Assembly (NCBI GenBank): GCA_000165345.1
Contig: CM000433.1
Coordinates: 736,001 to 800,000, forward strand
Reading direction: 5' to 3'
Length of the DNA stretch: 64,000 nt
The notes under the pieces are model-generated. The model saw only the letters and a list, made by a program, of their open reading frames with translations, had not been told where the DNA came from and did no database searches. The number at the start of each line of letters is the position of its first letter. The stretch's first letter is position 1. A program made the position numbers and the translations under genes. Below, in pieces: positions 30,801 to 39,377 of this stretch.

Positions 30801-31113
30801 TAGCTGTTTCATGTTCCTGAATATGAGTAGAATTTCCATCCGTCTGAATGTGAGACTGTTTGACCCCTGTGTCAGCAGTGACATACTTATTCCCTGTATC
30901 CTGATTAGCATCAGAATCCAAAAAAACCACCTTTTCTCCACTCTTTCTCATAGATCTAGTCACTCTCCGCTCTTCTGAGTCATTTTCTTTGTGATTAATT
31001 TCCAAGCCAGCTGCTTCCTTCTCCAAGTTTAAAGCTTGGATTCCAGATTTACTGTTTCTGCTAGGCTTTTGGTCCCTGGTTTTCATTTTGAAACCTTTTT
31101 CAAGTCGTCTCAA
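24832..31113 (-). CDS. 2093-aa chromatin-reader-like protein with two PZP modules (PHD, Zn-knuckle, extended PHD; as in BRPF/JADE/AF10) and low-complexity Thr- and Gly-rich tracts.
   Basis: PHD finger CSICFNWETDTLKPFVECVRCGVVSHVACYG...WLCDRC, then the knuckle CVLCSHSGGAMK and the ePHD WVHLVCAIWHLP. The second module is CSVCLKYD...CCGLTVHWSCYG...CQAC, CILCPRRGGALIE, FVHIICSLYTPG and CCICKSSYGVNLACNHPGCTRTAHPLCL. The ORF is uninterrupted. Confidence 0.85.
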   Translation of the reverse strand: MRRLEKGFKMKTRDQKPSRNSKSGIQALNLEKEAAGLEINHKENDSEERRVTRSMRKSGEKVVFLDSDANQDTGNKYVTADTGVKQSHIQTDGNSTHIQEHETATTVAVTTINDSKNSLNNSAQVTSNSSVKRKNKKVLRKSKRGRHKNKSKYKIESTSLDKDGDKIGSQARNLDNRIGKDTYSVSELDMDITSVTLINENSTNTPTSTGGSSRMAKIGWSRFDSFFRKIPMGAKKDIILKTIPSNPVQRKPIIQELTTLEQTLFTDPPWGKIGRASPYVNKASLSLPPIYMKSCSLDAIVDLVSKSILKSRGGNLSKMPLEIQKPYFLLFKLPRTLSLVALEPKSPLELGISEDDYLETDSVTHDHHIFPKNAFPEINSANTNLHIQQSQEPHTFSHISKTDIQNQKLQVPDILDHFNVKWDILQTLDLSYYQFKYIERYLHDVFFNYDQSHKKVFFTPAKINNKQDLYTVNIFEKIKSNLNELNSLVNLNVSNQIKSQNTVQEEIDNNMFLIQQPTNNGQIDLENLIDEFNIMNNPCETNLSETTNTNINTNNINNSLTPVIGTIIGSSPSLQNQNTLETPLYREDVWGTYRSYDPIYWWVDFVLPSVNPYISTYSDQKVYLHKNGLSYIDAPSCVELGGLYWLDPYKPIKLTREVKDKDRFNINAQSLEEEKKNMEDTDSVHQEDLKQESDTLFIHPYMMNDFVDHKDFNFVEANLERFLPIYNEIIDSIANLRLKIQNRIIYENENNVRITDIPFIWMNVVQRYQIVNSWNKLKFFLVNGYKDLYPAFLRQADASKKMESDQDQNKDLEIKPKDEKKTKLSKFDALLESKEKNMHLTNVCSICFNWETDTLKPFVECVRCGVVSHVACYGVNIPLNELLDFYGWLCDRCEFEKKFLGTQYLIAFNPGSISCVLCSHSGGAMKRTNKDGIWVHLVCAIWHLPLVTCEDWKNLSNWNVDRVKRSWTNKRIGKENNSSHALSLGKNGTSSSSIDISGTGIGTGMGTGTGIGAGIGTGAGAGTGASGVPDFGQRSTSSVFSNHTDSGKLLKLESINSDSGTIEDEGRNLTPIQNQNQNLSLPQEESFENSSTGPQPILDMDHETLNNSSPRCVFCRNDNTFGLVKCDHENCIQLFHPICAWLNGVQIEVDCDPCYSRGETLVGYIQGWRNVQDEALQLVNIRCFCLSHIRNNGNITRNLDEEVNLRKKRYINRDMFPDLFSSKYNQKSSRSSQIGVIQRSRTRSISRSKSWDVTSPNMTKKSSCEIFKQNQVYYCNALNPDKYDRDICSVCLKYDSTDFPSKRKVPLDTNNGIVRISSSGEECHDSNFSIILPERTISDNEGEEEEEILASNILVSCKCCGLTVHWSCYGLGEKMESINDFVCQACIKGVRPENTSCILCPRRGGALIEAQGIPQNHIGRPGERTQFVHIICSLYTPGIYRLACGQVYGAANYLGMTSLVKLQKDGTISKNKGTFVRRFGGIEGSVQQFPFRDIRNEEQFILEQFSDQDTLEIPSVYCCICKSSYGVNLACNHPGCTRTAHPLCLKLYGCYMETIAEIDEPIQMNDMLLDSSISGSQGLYRNQSNGGTSNVLYVSPNCQPPNLDNSTIRGSEIRENYFSQKVFCPEHGKQMGKLNPGGKLLHSTLSSLKIVSKILGDLGHSERLKRQLFTTQLDIMNKENPIFSPLMIRNINALRIYWDYYSRGILQESVKIRNGTINKFKDNPKNGILIKPLISQGESFISGNYKSPKKVQQQSNSVLQYNQTTPCSSSGASIKATNLKRTRSSGEATEVPSLEDAIKEARKQREIYKKELVASGIVVKKRPPPNRSPAIPFSRLTDAELKESALNCLRAIGSSSRLAMSLMTTGYNNNSESNNGQMNITENGSQFQSNGDPSQASTLTTGVPTIRSFCIKQHRHDCFRRRLAEFIIYPPPVMDHRRKALRSLTRQLKQYGVTAEELMASDTPLPLIKSKPPSQHHFNQGVIEPVPSHSNINSSVENFGVPVNTTTTTTTTTITKMNTNNMSSITFNSSIDHNSSDLAAQTLVATPSSTISYNNNNMNNAFIPANANATEQVHDQEKLSHTVNPQSEHNLYF
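28032..28125. repeat. Coding hexanucleotide microsatellite (CCTGYT)n inside the PHD gene. It encodes (GTGIGTGMGTGTGIGAGIGTGAGAGTGAS) on the minus strand.
   Basis: ctcctgaagctccagtccctgctcctgctcctgttcctattcctgctcctattcctgttcctgttcccatcccagttcctattcctgtccctgaa. Confidence 0.85.
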
Positions 31114-31456
31114 ACTAAACCTTTAGTTGTTATTTTTCTAATCCAACATCAATTTAAAGTAACTTTTTCATATTATCTGTTAATTTATTTATATATATTA
31201 ACCAAGTTTCTTTCAAAATATAAAGCTTTAAGTTTTCTTATAGTATTTCTTCCAAAACCTTTAGGCTATACCAATAATTCCGTCTATTGTACTAAAAGAA
31301 AGCTAAATTCCACAAAATCTGTAAATTTTCTACGTAAAATTCCGATTTTTATCAAATTTCTTTTTTCTGGATTATTTTTTCAATTTTTCCTGCCCTGACT
31401 TAATATATACCCGGTTACCGGTATTTAATTATTTAAATAAATATATCATGTCATAA

Positions 31457-31483
31457 AATTTTGGCGGCAAAATCACGGGAATA
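31457..31483. promoter_or_regulatory. E2F/G-box-like TTTTGGCGGCAAAATCACGGGAA element about 125 nt upstream of the WD40 gene ATG.
   Basis: aaattttggcggcaaaatcacgggaat. Confidence 0.4.
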
Positions 31484-31604
31484 ATAAAAAAAAAAAAAAA
31501 TCTAAAAAGCATAGCAAAAATTGTTCAAGGTTTGAAATTTAGAAAATTTGTATAGAAATTCTCTCCATAAAAAGAACCTTGAATTTTTCTGAAGATATAT
31601 TAAT

Positions 31605-33121
31605 ATGACAGAGAGTTTAGTGGGAATTTCTGGATCTTCCATGAGCTCACAGGAGGAAATTCTTGTGGTTGGAGGTAAGTCGTTTTTGACGTGTATTTAG
31701 ATTTAGGCTAACTTGACACCAATATTTTAATATTTAAGGGACTTATGATGGTGGAATAATTGGTTTAAGTTTGAGGCCTTATTCGAGTAAAAATAAGAAG
31801 TTTGAAAGTAAAAAGGTAGAACGTATAGAGGAGGATGCAAAGGATGATATGGATGAGGAACTTAATAAAGAAAAGAATAGTGGTGTTAACGGGATATTTG
31901 ATATGGTTTTTGCATTCAAGGCCCACATTGTAAGTTAGATTTTCATAATATTTTTCATTTTTACCAGAATTTTCTCTTCATTTCATTAACTTATAGGCTA
32001 GTATTAAAGACATGGATTCCAAAGGAAATATACTTGTAACTGCTAGTACGGATGAGACAATGAGGATTTACAATTTGAAAACCAGATGTGATAGTGGAAT
32101 GCTGACTAAACATCAGGGTAGCGTGACTTATGTATGTTTGTCTTGGAACTATAAATACTTAATTTCGTGTGGAGAGGATAAAGTTGTATGTATTTGGAGA
32201 TGTTCAAATTGGGATCCAATTAAAAGTTTTGATGATATTCATAACTGTATTCCGATTTCAGCAGATTTTCATCCTTCATTGAAACTTGCTTTAACTTTAG
32301 ATATTGAAGGAAATATATGCATGTTAAACCTCATAGAAGGAAATTTAGCAGCCAAATTCACTGTACCAGGAATGGAAAAAAATGGTCAAAATTTGAATAG
32401 AAGGTATGGACTTTTTACTCTGATAAAATTTAATATTTCAGGAACTTATTATGCTGTGCTTTCTCAAAGAGAGCTTATTATTTCAAATATAACTGATAAG
32501 GAAGATTGGTATTTAAGTTATTCTATTACTGATTTTGGAGTTGGGCCTTCACAAATAACTTCTTTCTGTTGGATTACAAATCAAATCTTTTTGGTTGGTT
32601 TTTCCAATGGACTAATTAGAATTCTTCAAGTAACTAAACAATGTCTAATAAATTTGGAAATTACCTTCACAGTTTCAAAAACAACTTCTGATGAAATTAA
32701 GAATCCACATCTTGGAAACAGAATTAAAGGAATTTGTATTATTGGTTATAACCATCTCAAGGATGAAAATCTTGGTAATTCTAATATATGTGGAAGATTA
32801 GTAACATGCGATTCTTCCGGTATTTTTGTTCTTTTTAACTTTAAATTGAAATTTAACAAAGAAATTGGTAATAGTTTATGTGAACTTGAAATTATGGATA
32901 TACTTGATTCTGATAATAGAATCACTTGCATGACAATTGAAGACAAAAACCCAATAGATCCTTTGTCTTTATTTTTGCCTTCAACTAGCCAGGAAAACTC
33001 AGAATCCATAGTTGATAAAGGTTGCTTGTCTAGCACTCCAACCAAAGGTAACAAAAAACTGAAGGTCATTAAGAAATCTAAGCTGGATAATTCAAAAAAG
33101 AAGGATAATTTAAAACAGTAG
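31605..33121 (+). CDS. WD40-repeat protein in three exons: 31605..31674, 31739..31929 and 31997..33121. The introns are 64 and 67 nt.
   Basis: Exon 1 (MTESLVGISGSSMSSQEEILVVGG) ends G|GTAAGT. The acceptor ATATTTAAG ends at 31738. Exon 2 ends AHI|GTAAGT at 31929. The acceptor CTTATAG ends at 31996, with an in-frame TAG just upstream of exon 3. The joined frame gives ...FAFKAHIASIKDMDSKGNILVTASTDETMRIYNL, a WD repeat. Further WD-like units follow (GEDKVVCIWR...). Confidence 0.8.
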
Positions 33122-33295
33122 ATAATAATCTGGTAGTTTATTTACTTGAATTAATATCTGATCTATATTATAGTATAACTTGAACTTTAACTGTTCTTTT
33201 AACTTGACAATATTTCAAAATATGAACTTTTTTTTTATTTATTTTGGTTGATTCCAGAATTCTGGATGTCTTTTAGAAACTGATAAACTTGAATT

Positions 33296-33625
33296 TTAGT
33301 CTTGTTTACTATTTTTGGATTTTTCTTTTTGTACATTATATTGATGTAATCCTAGAGTCAATGCAGCAAGAAAGAAGAATGAAGAAGAATTGAAGGTAAT
33401 GTATTTCTCTGGAACTAAAGTTTTCCAGAGTTTTTCTTGCATTCTAGCCTGATCTGCTATTTTGTCACCATTAATAATTTCAGATTTCTTATTTAAATTA
33501 AACTTGGAATTTTTGAAATATTTGAATATATGAAGAAATTGCTTGGAGTTACTTGTAAGAAATGACCTTCTTACAAGTAAACTACTTAGATTAAGTAAAT
33601 TTCCATGGGATGTGGGAAATATCAT
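33296..33625 (-). CDS. Possible small protein (109 aa) with a basic N-terminus and a C-terminal hydrophobic helix. Hypothetical.
   Basis: The ORF start at 33625 sits 50-67 nt downstream of the E2F-like CTGGGCGCCAAACTTGG element (33675-33692) and about 330 nt downstream of a 31-nt perfect palindrome. The C-terminal segment FFFLAALTLGLH is hydrophobic. Confidence 0.3.
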   Translation of the reverse strand: MIFPTSHGNLLNLSSLLVRRSFLTSNSKQFLHIFKYFKNSKFNLNKKSEIINGDKIADQARMQEKLWKTLVPEKYITFNSSSFFFLAALTLGLHQYNVQKEKSKNSKQD

Positions 33626-33952
33626 CCTAAATTTAATAAATTAAAGTTTTTATTATACATGGCATTATTTTTAGACTGGGCGCCAAACTTGGAATTAATT
33701 TAAATGCATTTTAAAAGTAAATCAAGGTAAATGAATAAGAATTAAATAGAGAAAAAATTTTAAGAGAGTATATTGAGGGTTAAATCAAAGAAGATTAAAA
33801 AAATAATACATTAGGAATTAAATTGGAGATGTGTATCAAAGTATTTAACTTAGAATATATGAGATTTGTTAAATTACAATAGCTAGCTTTTGTTAAAATA
33901 GCCTTAAAAAAAGTCTTAATAGAATCATTTTGGGAATATTTAGGCTTTAATA

Positions 33953-33983
33953 CATAGTTTGCATGCATTACATGCAAACTATG
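33953..33983. repeat. Perfect 31-nt palindrome (13-nt arms, 5-nt spacer) containing TGCATG cores.
   Basis: CATAGTTTGCATG-CATTA-CATGCAAACTATG. The arms are exact reverse complements. Confidence 0.85.
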
Positions 33984-34061
33984 TATGAATATATTTATAT
34001 ATATATATATTTAAATCATTAAATTTTTAGAAGCTACCAGCTTATTGTTTTTTTTTACCTT

Positions 34062-34694
34062 TTAATTTTGTTCTTGTTTCATTAATTTAGTAATAATTTT
34101 GGGGGTCTTAAATAGTCGAAAACCATTAGAAATTGGCATTAAAGGGTAAATATCTTCAAAGAAGTAGTAGGTGTGTCCTACAATAATTCCCATTAAGTTA
34201 TCCCAAGGTCTCCATCCAATGACTAAACCCATACCCATTAATACCCATGGCAAGTAAGGAGCTCTTACGGTGAATATGAAAACCGACATTCTAGCAGATG
34301 GATTTCTTCTTCCCCAAATATAAGTCATTACGTTGATAACTGCTCCACTAAAAAGATATCCAGCTCCAAAGAAATATGAAAGGAGAAGAAGCATCCAAGA
34401 ACATGTTATTAGCATCCAAAGAAAGTCAGCTGGTCTACTGTGGAAAACTACATCTTCCAAAGACGCACAGTAATATAGAAGTACATAGGCATTCCAAAAG
34501 AAGTGAAGGCTGAATGTTCCAAAAAAGAAAAAACAAGTTGCAAGTCTCCATATTTGGTATTCGTTGATCACAAGTAGCCAATTTAAATACAAATTAAAGG
34601 GTGAAATAATATCTAGAGTGCATAACACCATCAATAAGGTTGAGATAGCGAAGTAGACCTTCGTTACTGGCGGAATATTATTCACTACCAACAT
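34062..34694 (-). CDS. Derlin (Der1-like ERAD membrane protein), 210 aa.
   Basis: Four to six TM helices. The VYFAISTLLMVLCTL...LYLNWLLV...IWRLATCFFFFG...NVMTYIWGRRNP...IGWRPWDNLMGIIVGHTYYFFEDIYP pattern is typical of the Der1 family. Confidence 0.85.
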   Translation of the reverse strand: MLVVNNIPPVTKVYFAISTLLMVLCTLDIISPFNLYLNWLLVINEYQIWRLATCFFFFGTFSLHFFWNAYVLLYYCASLEDVVFHSRPADFLWMLITCSWMLLLLSYFFGAGYLFSGAVINVMTYIWGRRNPSARMSVFIFTVRAPYLPWVLMGMGLVIGWRPWDNLMGIIVGHTYYFFEDIYPLMPISNGFRLFKTPKIITKLMKQEQN

Positions 34695-34764
34695 TTTTTT
34701 CTTCTTCTTGTTATTTTACAAGCCAACTTTTCTATATTCTCACATTAATACTTATTGGATTTAT

Positions 34765-34811
34765 GCGTTGGGCGCCACTACTTGGCGCTCAACGCTAACA
34801 GTTGCATGCAC
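34765..34811. promoter_or_regulatory. Imperfect palindromic double E2F-like site (GCGTTGGGCGCCA...TTGGCGCTCAACGC) plus TGCATGCA, 70-115 nt upstream of the Derlin start codon.
   Basis: gcgttgggcgccactacttggcgctcaacgctaacagttgcatgca. Confidence 0.45.
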
Positions 34812-35152
34812 AGAAATTATTCTGAAGAAGAGAAAGGCTAAGAAGAAAGAAGGTGAGGGGTGCATAGGTTTTGGTAGGAGGTGGAGAATGGGAGATAGGC
34901 GAGCTGGGGAATATGGGGAACAAGCAGTGCACCAATGGGTTGGTGATAAGCAAGAAGCATTGTATCAATCTCTTTTTTAAGTAAAGTAATGTTATTATAA
35001 TCTAGATAATTAAGAATTAGGTTAATTTAGAATTCAAAGAGTTTTGAGTTTAGATGATTACATAAAGATTGTAGACTTAGAAAAAAAATTTTAATAAGCT
35101 ATTCTTATATGTTAAAAGGGATAAAATAAATTGATTGAACTATGCTAAAGAA

Positions 35153-36358
35153 TTATCTGGCACGAGGAGCAAATATTGGAACAATAGCATCAACTTGGTC
35201 TTTTCTATTCATAAGGATCATTTCGGCAATCCAAGTAAGATTTCTAATTTCTTGTTCCTTAAGCCTGGCCCAGGCATAAAATACACCATAATTCATCTGC
35301 TGATCAAAAACAAGCTCACACATGGAGACAGTTTCAGCATATAATAAATCTTCTAAACTCTTAAATTGTCTATCAGCAAGATTCTTGTGACTTGAAGATT
35401 TCTTCTTATCAGTAGATTCATCCTTATCATCAGCAAGTCCAAAATCATTGGCAGTGTCATTAACATAGAATGCTTTGCATTGGTCATAGAGAGCACTGTA
35501 TTTTGAATATGGCTCCAAAGCAGCTCTTACACGAGTATCATTCCAGGCCTTTCTAATTTGTTCTGTGCCTTCTGGATATAAGTAACCAAAGCTTGGATAT
35601 AATGTAGAAGCACTCGAGAAATTAAAATTGAGTGAGTTTAAGGTAATTGCAAGAAGTCTAAAGTCCGCCTCACATTTTAAGACATGGCTCATAACTTCAG
35701 CAGATGTAGGATTCAAAGTTTGACAGAATCTATAGAAATCCTCAAGCCAAGATTTCTTAAGAGAACTTCTGAGAATCTCTAAATCCATTTCCTTAACAAT
35801 TGAGGTAACATCCTCATTTTCACCACTAAAGGATGTCAAAAATTCATCAAAGTATGGTCCAATTGGAGTCTCAATGAGAATTGACTTGTAAAGCTCATCA
35901 AAAGATGAAGACAAATCTAAAGCAACAAAAGCTCTTATTTCTGGGAAATATCCCAATGGGTCTAAACGAGCAAGAAGCTCTTCTGCTGGCTTCTTATTCA
36001 AAGCACCTTGGATCAAATTTACCACATTATCAATCATCTTCTCATAAGTAATGTAATTTAAAAACTTTCCCAATGGCTCATAAGCCTGAGATTGTAACAT
36101 CCTAAATTCATGAGCAAATTTTTCTCTACACTTTTGAGTTATCACATTCACTGACAGAGGAAGTGGCTCATCTTGCATAAATGTACCATAGTCTGTCTCT
36201 TCTAGTGCTGTTCTCATGTCTTCCAAAGTTTCAGCTTGGCCAATTAGGTGGTATTCATCCATTGTTATAAATCCTGATCTATACCCTCGAACCATTGCCT
36301 CCAAATACCCATCCTTTAAGTTAAATGTCAAAAGTTCCATCTTGAATTTAGTACTCAA
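35153..36358 (-). CDS. ATP6V0D: V-type ATPase V0 subunit d, 401 aa.
   Basis: MELLTFNLKDGYLEAMVRGYRSGFIT...ETLEDMRTALEETDYGTF...AYEPLGKFLNYITYEKMIDNV...LYPEG...FGVFYAWARLKEQEIRNLTWIAEMI matches subunit d blocks ([70 protein letters not shown]). Confidence 0.93.
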   Translation of the reverse strand: MSTKFKMELLTFNLKDGYLEAMVRGYRSGFITMDEYHLIGQAETLEDMRTALEETDYGTFMQDEPLPLSVNVITQKCREKFAHEFRMLQSQAYEPLGKFLNYITYEKMIDNVVNLIQGALNKKPAEELLARLDPLGYFPEIRAFVALDLSSSFDELYKSILIETPIGPYFDEFLTSFSGENEDVTSIVKEMDLEILRSSLKKSWLEDFYRFCQTLNPTSAEVMSHVLKCEADFRLLAITLNSLNFNFSSASTLYPSFGYLYPEGTEQIRKAWNDTRVRAALEPYSKYSALYDQCKAFYVNDTANDFGLADDKDESTDKKKSSSHKNLADRQFKSLEDLLYAETVSMCELVFDQQMNYGVFYAWARLKEQEIRNLTWIAEMILMNRKDQVDAIVPIFAPRAR

Positions 36359-36460
36359 TAATAGAACTCCTTTTTCACGCCTTTTTTCTTCTTATTTATT
36401 TTTAATTCCCTCTTGTTTTTCTTAACATAATAGCCTTTTCCGCATTAATTTAGCGGCCAC

Positions 36461-36495
36461 ATTGGCGCCATCTATATTTTGGCGGGAATTTCCGG
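36461..36495. promoter_or_regulatory. TTGGCGCCAT + TTTTGGCGGGAATTTCCGG E2F-like pair about 105-135 nt upstream of the V-ATPase subunit d ATG.
   Basis: attggcgccatctatattttggcgggaatttccgg. Confidence 0.45.
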
Positions 36496-37118
36496 TATGG
36501 CATTTTTTATATTATCAAAAATGCAAAATCAATATGGGAATAAGGAGGTAAAACGATTTTAAAAGATTTTTTTTCCTGTTTACATTAAAATAAGCCATAA
36601 GTTGAATTATATTATATATATCATATTTTTCTGATTGATTTTATTAGTAAAAGTTTTCATTCGTTTTTTTACGTCCCGTTCTTATTATTATTTTTTTTGG
36701 ACTAGTTTCAAATTGTGCAACTTTAACTATAATAATACATGCAATTCTCTTGATTGAGGATTTTTTTTAAAAATAAATATAAGTCCATACATTAATCTAA
36801 ATAATAAAGAAATGAAAAATAACAAGGAAATTAACATATATGGCGATTATAATACAGAAAAAAACAGGAAATGTTGGAAAAGTACGTAAGAATGGATAAT
36901 ATATTTTAAAACTTAAATATGAAAGTTACTTTATTTAGTTAATTCGTTAAATGTTATTATTACAGTAGGTCTAATAATCATCCTCATCAACCAATAAATA
37001 TATTTCGTTTATGGTATTTTGCATCAATTTTTTTGTATTAAAAATCATATATCATATAAAGTAAAGATCTTTGTTATTTTGTCTATTTGCTCAATAATTA
37101 TATTCTCATAATAAAAAA

Positions 37119-37146
37119 AACCGGGAAAATCTCGGCGCCATATATT
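37119..37146. promoter_or_regulatory. CCGGGAAAATCTCGGCGCCATAT E2F-like element about 125 nt upstream of the cyclophilin ATG.
   Basis: aaccgggaaaatctcggcgccatatatt. Confidence 0.4.
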
Positions 37147-37270
37147 AATACAGTCATGGCAATTAATATATTATTAATTACCAAAAATAAAGGTTGGGAG
37201 TGACTAGGATATTTGGAAATTATGCAAATGCTTGAGTAAATCCTTATATATTTAGTTATTGATTAAATTA

Positions 37271-38111
37271 ATGGAGTCAGGATTGAAAGCACAAGGTGAG
37301 GTATCACCTCGTTCAGATGCAAGCCCAAATACTTTAATAAAGTTACCTACAAAGAAAAATACCCATGTATTTTTTGATATTTCTATTGGAGGAACTCCAA
37401 CAGGAAGGGTGGTATTTGAGTTATTTACAGAAATTGCTCCTTTGACGTCTGAGAATTTTAGAGCCCTATGCACTGGTGAGAAGGGTAGAAGCCAAAATGG
37501 AGTGGATCTGCATTATAAGGGATGTAAATTTCACAGAATTATCCCAGAATTTATGTGTCAAGGCGGAGATATATCTTCAGGTAATGGTACAGGAGGAGAG
37601 TCAATTTATGGACCTACTTTTGATGATGAGAATTTTGTATTAAAGCATAATTCTGCTGGATTATTATCTATGGCTAATTCTGGTCCAAATACAAATTCTT
37701 CCCAATTCTTTATTACAACCATTCCATGCCCTTGGTTAGATGGCAGACATGTTGTTTTTGGCAAGGTAAGTTAAATTATCCTTATTAATATAACTTTGAA
37801 CCCAGACGTGTTCCAGATCTTTATATTTTTATTTTTTAAAAATGAATCTAATTAAAGATTTGGGTCTAAGATGGGTAATACTAAGCTCCAGTATTTTTGT
37901 CTGGTTTTAGTTTATACAATGTTAAACTAAGATCCTATAATACTGGTATAATCAAGTTTTACATAAAACTTATATTTTACCAGCTTTTGTTAATTATTTC
38001 GTATTTCAGATTTTAACAGGTGCTGATGTAGTTGCTAGTATGGAGAGATTTGGTTCTAGCAACGGAAAGACCAGCGTTTCAGTTGTGATTGCTGACTGTG
38101 GTCAAATTTAA
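37271..38111 (+). CDS. Cyclophilin-type peptidyl-prolyl cis-trans isomerase in two exons: 37271..37765 and 38010..38111. The intron is 244 nt. About 30-aa N-terminal extension.
   Basis: [21 protein letters not shown]...[11 protein letters not shown]...[19 protein letters not shown]...GTGGESIYG...[20 protein letters not shown]...[11 protein letters not shown]|GTAAGT. The acceptor TTTCAG ends at 38009. Exon 2 reads [33 protein letters not shown], the typical cyclophilin C-terminus. Confidence 0.9.
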
Positions 38112-38214
38112 CCCAAAACTAGAACAAAGCTAAAAAGATTAAAAAGAGATTATTTTTATTTATTTTTATATTAATGCTATTATTCCTAAAATAATAATTT
38201 TTGGTTTTTTAAGC

Positions 38215-38877
38215 CTAATTTTCCAAGATCTTTTTGATTTGCTCTGTAACTTCTTTAGGAGGTAGCTTAGCATTCACTCTCTTTAGTATTCCTAGGTCTT
38301 CATAAAACTTCACTAATGGAGCAGTCTGTTTATGGAATACATCAAGACGAACCTTCACAGCTTCTGCATTATCATCATCTCTCCATACAAGAGGCTCACC
38401 TGTGACATCATCTATACCTGGCTGCTTTGGAGGATTATACTTTACATGGTAAATTCTTCCAGATGCTGGGTGAGTGCATCTTCCAGAAATTCTTTCAATA
38501 ATCTCAGAATCGTCAATTTCAAAGTAAATTACACTAGTTAAAGAATCTCCAATTTCACTTAGTATCTTTGCTAATCCCTCAGCTTGTGGAATTGTTCTTG
38601 GAAATCCGTCCAAGACAAACCCATTTACACATACTCCCAAATCAAACTTTTCCTTAACTAATCCAAGTACAATTTCATCTCCAACAAAGTTCCCTGATTC
38701 AATAATACTTTTCGCTTCCAAACCAATTTTTGTGCCATTTTTTATTGCTTCTCTCAGCATATCACCAGTAGATAAATGTGCCAATCCATACTCTTTCTTG
38801 ATGAATTCACATTGGGTACCTTTCCCACTTCCTGGAGCTCCAATAAGAATTAAATTATGCTTTTTCGAATTTGACAT
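38215..38877 (-). CDS. ADK: Adenylate kinase, 220 aa.
   Basis: P-loop GAPGSGKGTQ. Also HLSTGDMLR, the NMP-binding GFVLDGFPRT, and the LID region GRCTHPASGRIYH...DD. Confidence 0.95.
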   Translation of the reverse strand: MSNSKKHNLILIGAPGSGKGTQCEFIKKEYGLAHLSTGDMLREAIKNGTKIGLEAKSIIESGNFVGDEIVLGLVKEKFDLGVCVNGFVLDGFPRTIPQAEGLAKILSEIGDSLTSVIYFEIDDSEIIERISGRCTHPASGRIYHVKYNPPKQPGIDDVTGEPLVWRDDDNAEAVKVRLDVFHKQTAPLVKFYEDLGILKRVNAKLPPKEVTEQIKKILEN

Positions 38878-38975
38878 TTTCTATTCAATGCAGCTTTTCT
38901 TTTTTATTTGGGTTTAAATAAACTGAAAAAGAAAATGTTTCCTTTCTGGCATTATTGCTCTTAATTTATAGGCCA

Positions 38976-39017
38976 CGATTTCCCGCCTTTTGCCGGTATT
39001 AAGTGGGGCGCGGTACC
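38976..39017. promoter_or_regulatory. E2F/G-box-like cluster (TTTCCCGCCTTTTGCCGG ... GTGGGGCGCGGTACC) in the divergent adenylate-kinase / Vps51-like intergenic region, about 100 nt upstream of the AK ATG.
   Basis: cgatttcccgccttttgccggtattaagtggggcgcggtacc. Confidence 0.45.
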
Positions 39018-39377
39018 TGTATTTAAGAATAATAATTGAAAGAAATACATTTTTTTTTTTTTTTTTCTAAATGACTTGAAGATTCACAAAAAAACAAAAC
39101 AAAAAACAGTGATTGGCAATATTTAGATTAAATAAGGAATTATTCAAGACAAGTAGTGGCCCCTATACTGTGGGATTTAAGCTATTATTCCAGTAATAGC
39201 AGTATCATAAACTACATTCAATACTTGTACTTTGAAATCTAAGTAAAAATAGAGTGAGGAAGAGGAAACGAAGTATTATTTAGACATATACAGTAACTAT
39301 TCTGAGTTATTTTCTCTATATATTTCTTTTTTTTAATGTAAACTTTTAAAGTTTCTTTTTGTTTTCTCAATTAAACA

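Noticed and set aside
25475-30941. Numerous 60-130-aa ORFs on both strands inside the 6.3-kb PHD gene (for example 25475..25693, 27504..27809, 28807..29103, 30353..30745)
   Set aside because: All are nested in or antisense to one continuous 2093-aa ORF with clear PHD/PZP domains. They are frame shadows.
34708-34980. 90-aa plus-strand G/R-rich ORF upstream of Derlin
   Set aside because: It is better explained as a GA/G-rich promoter tract on the opposite strand from Derlin. It has no start context and no codon bias like neighbouring genes. It is kept only as a sequence-composition observation.
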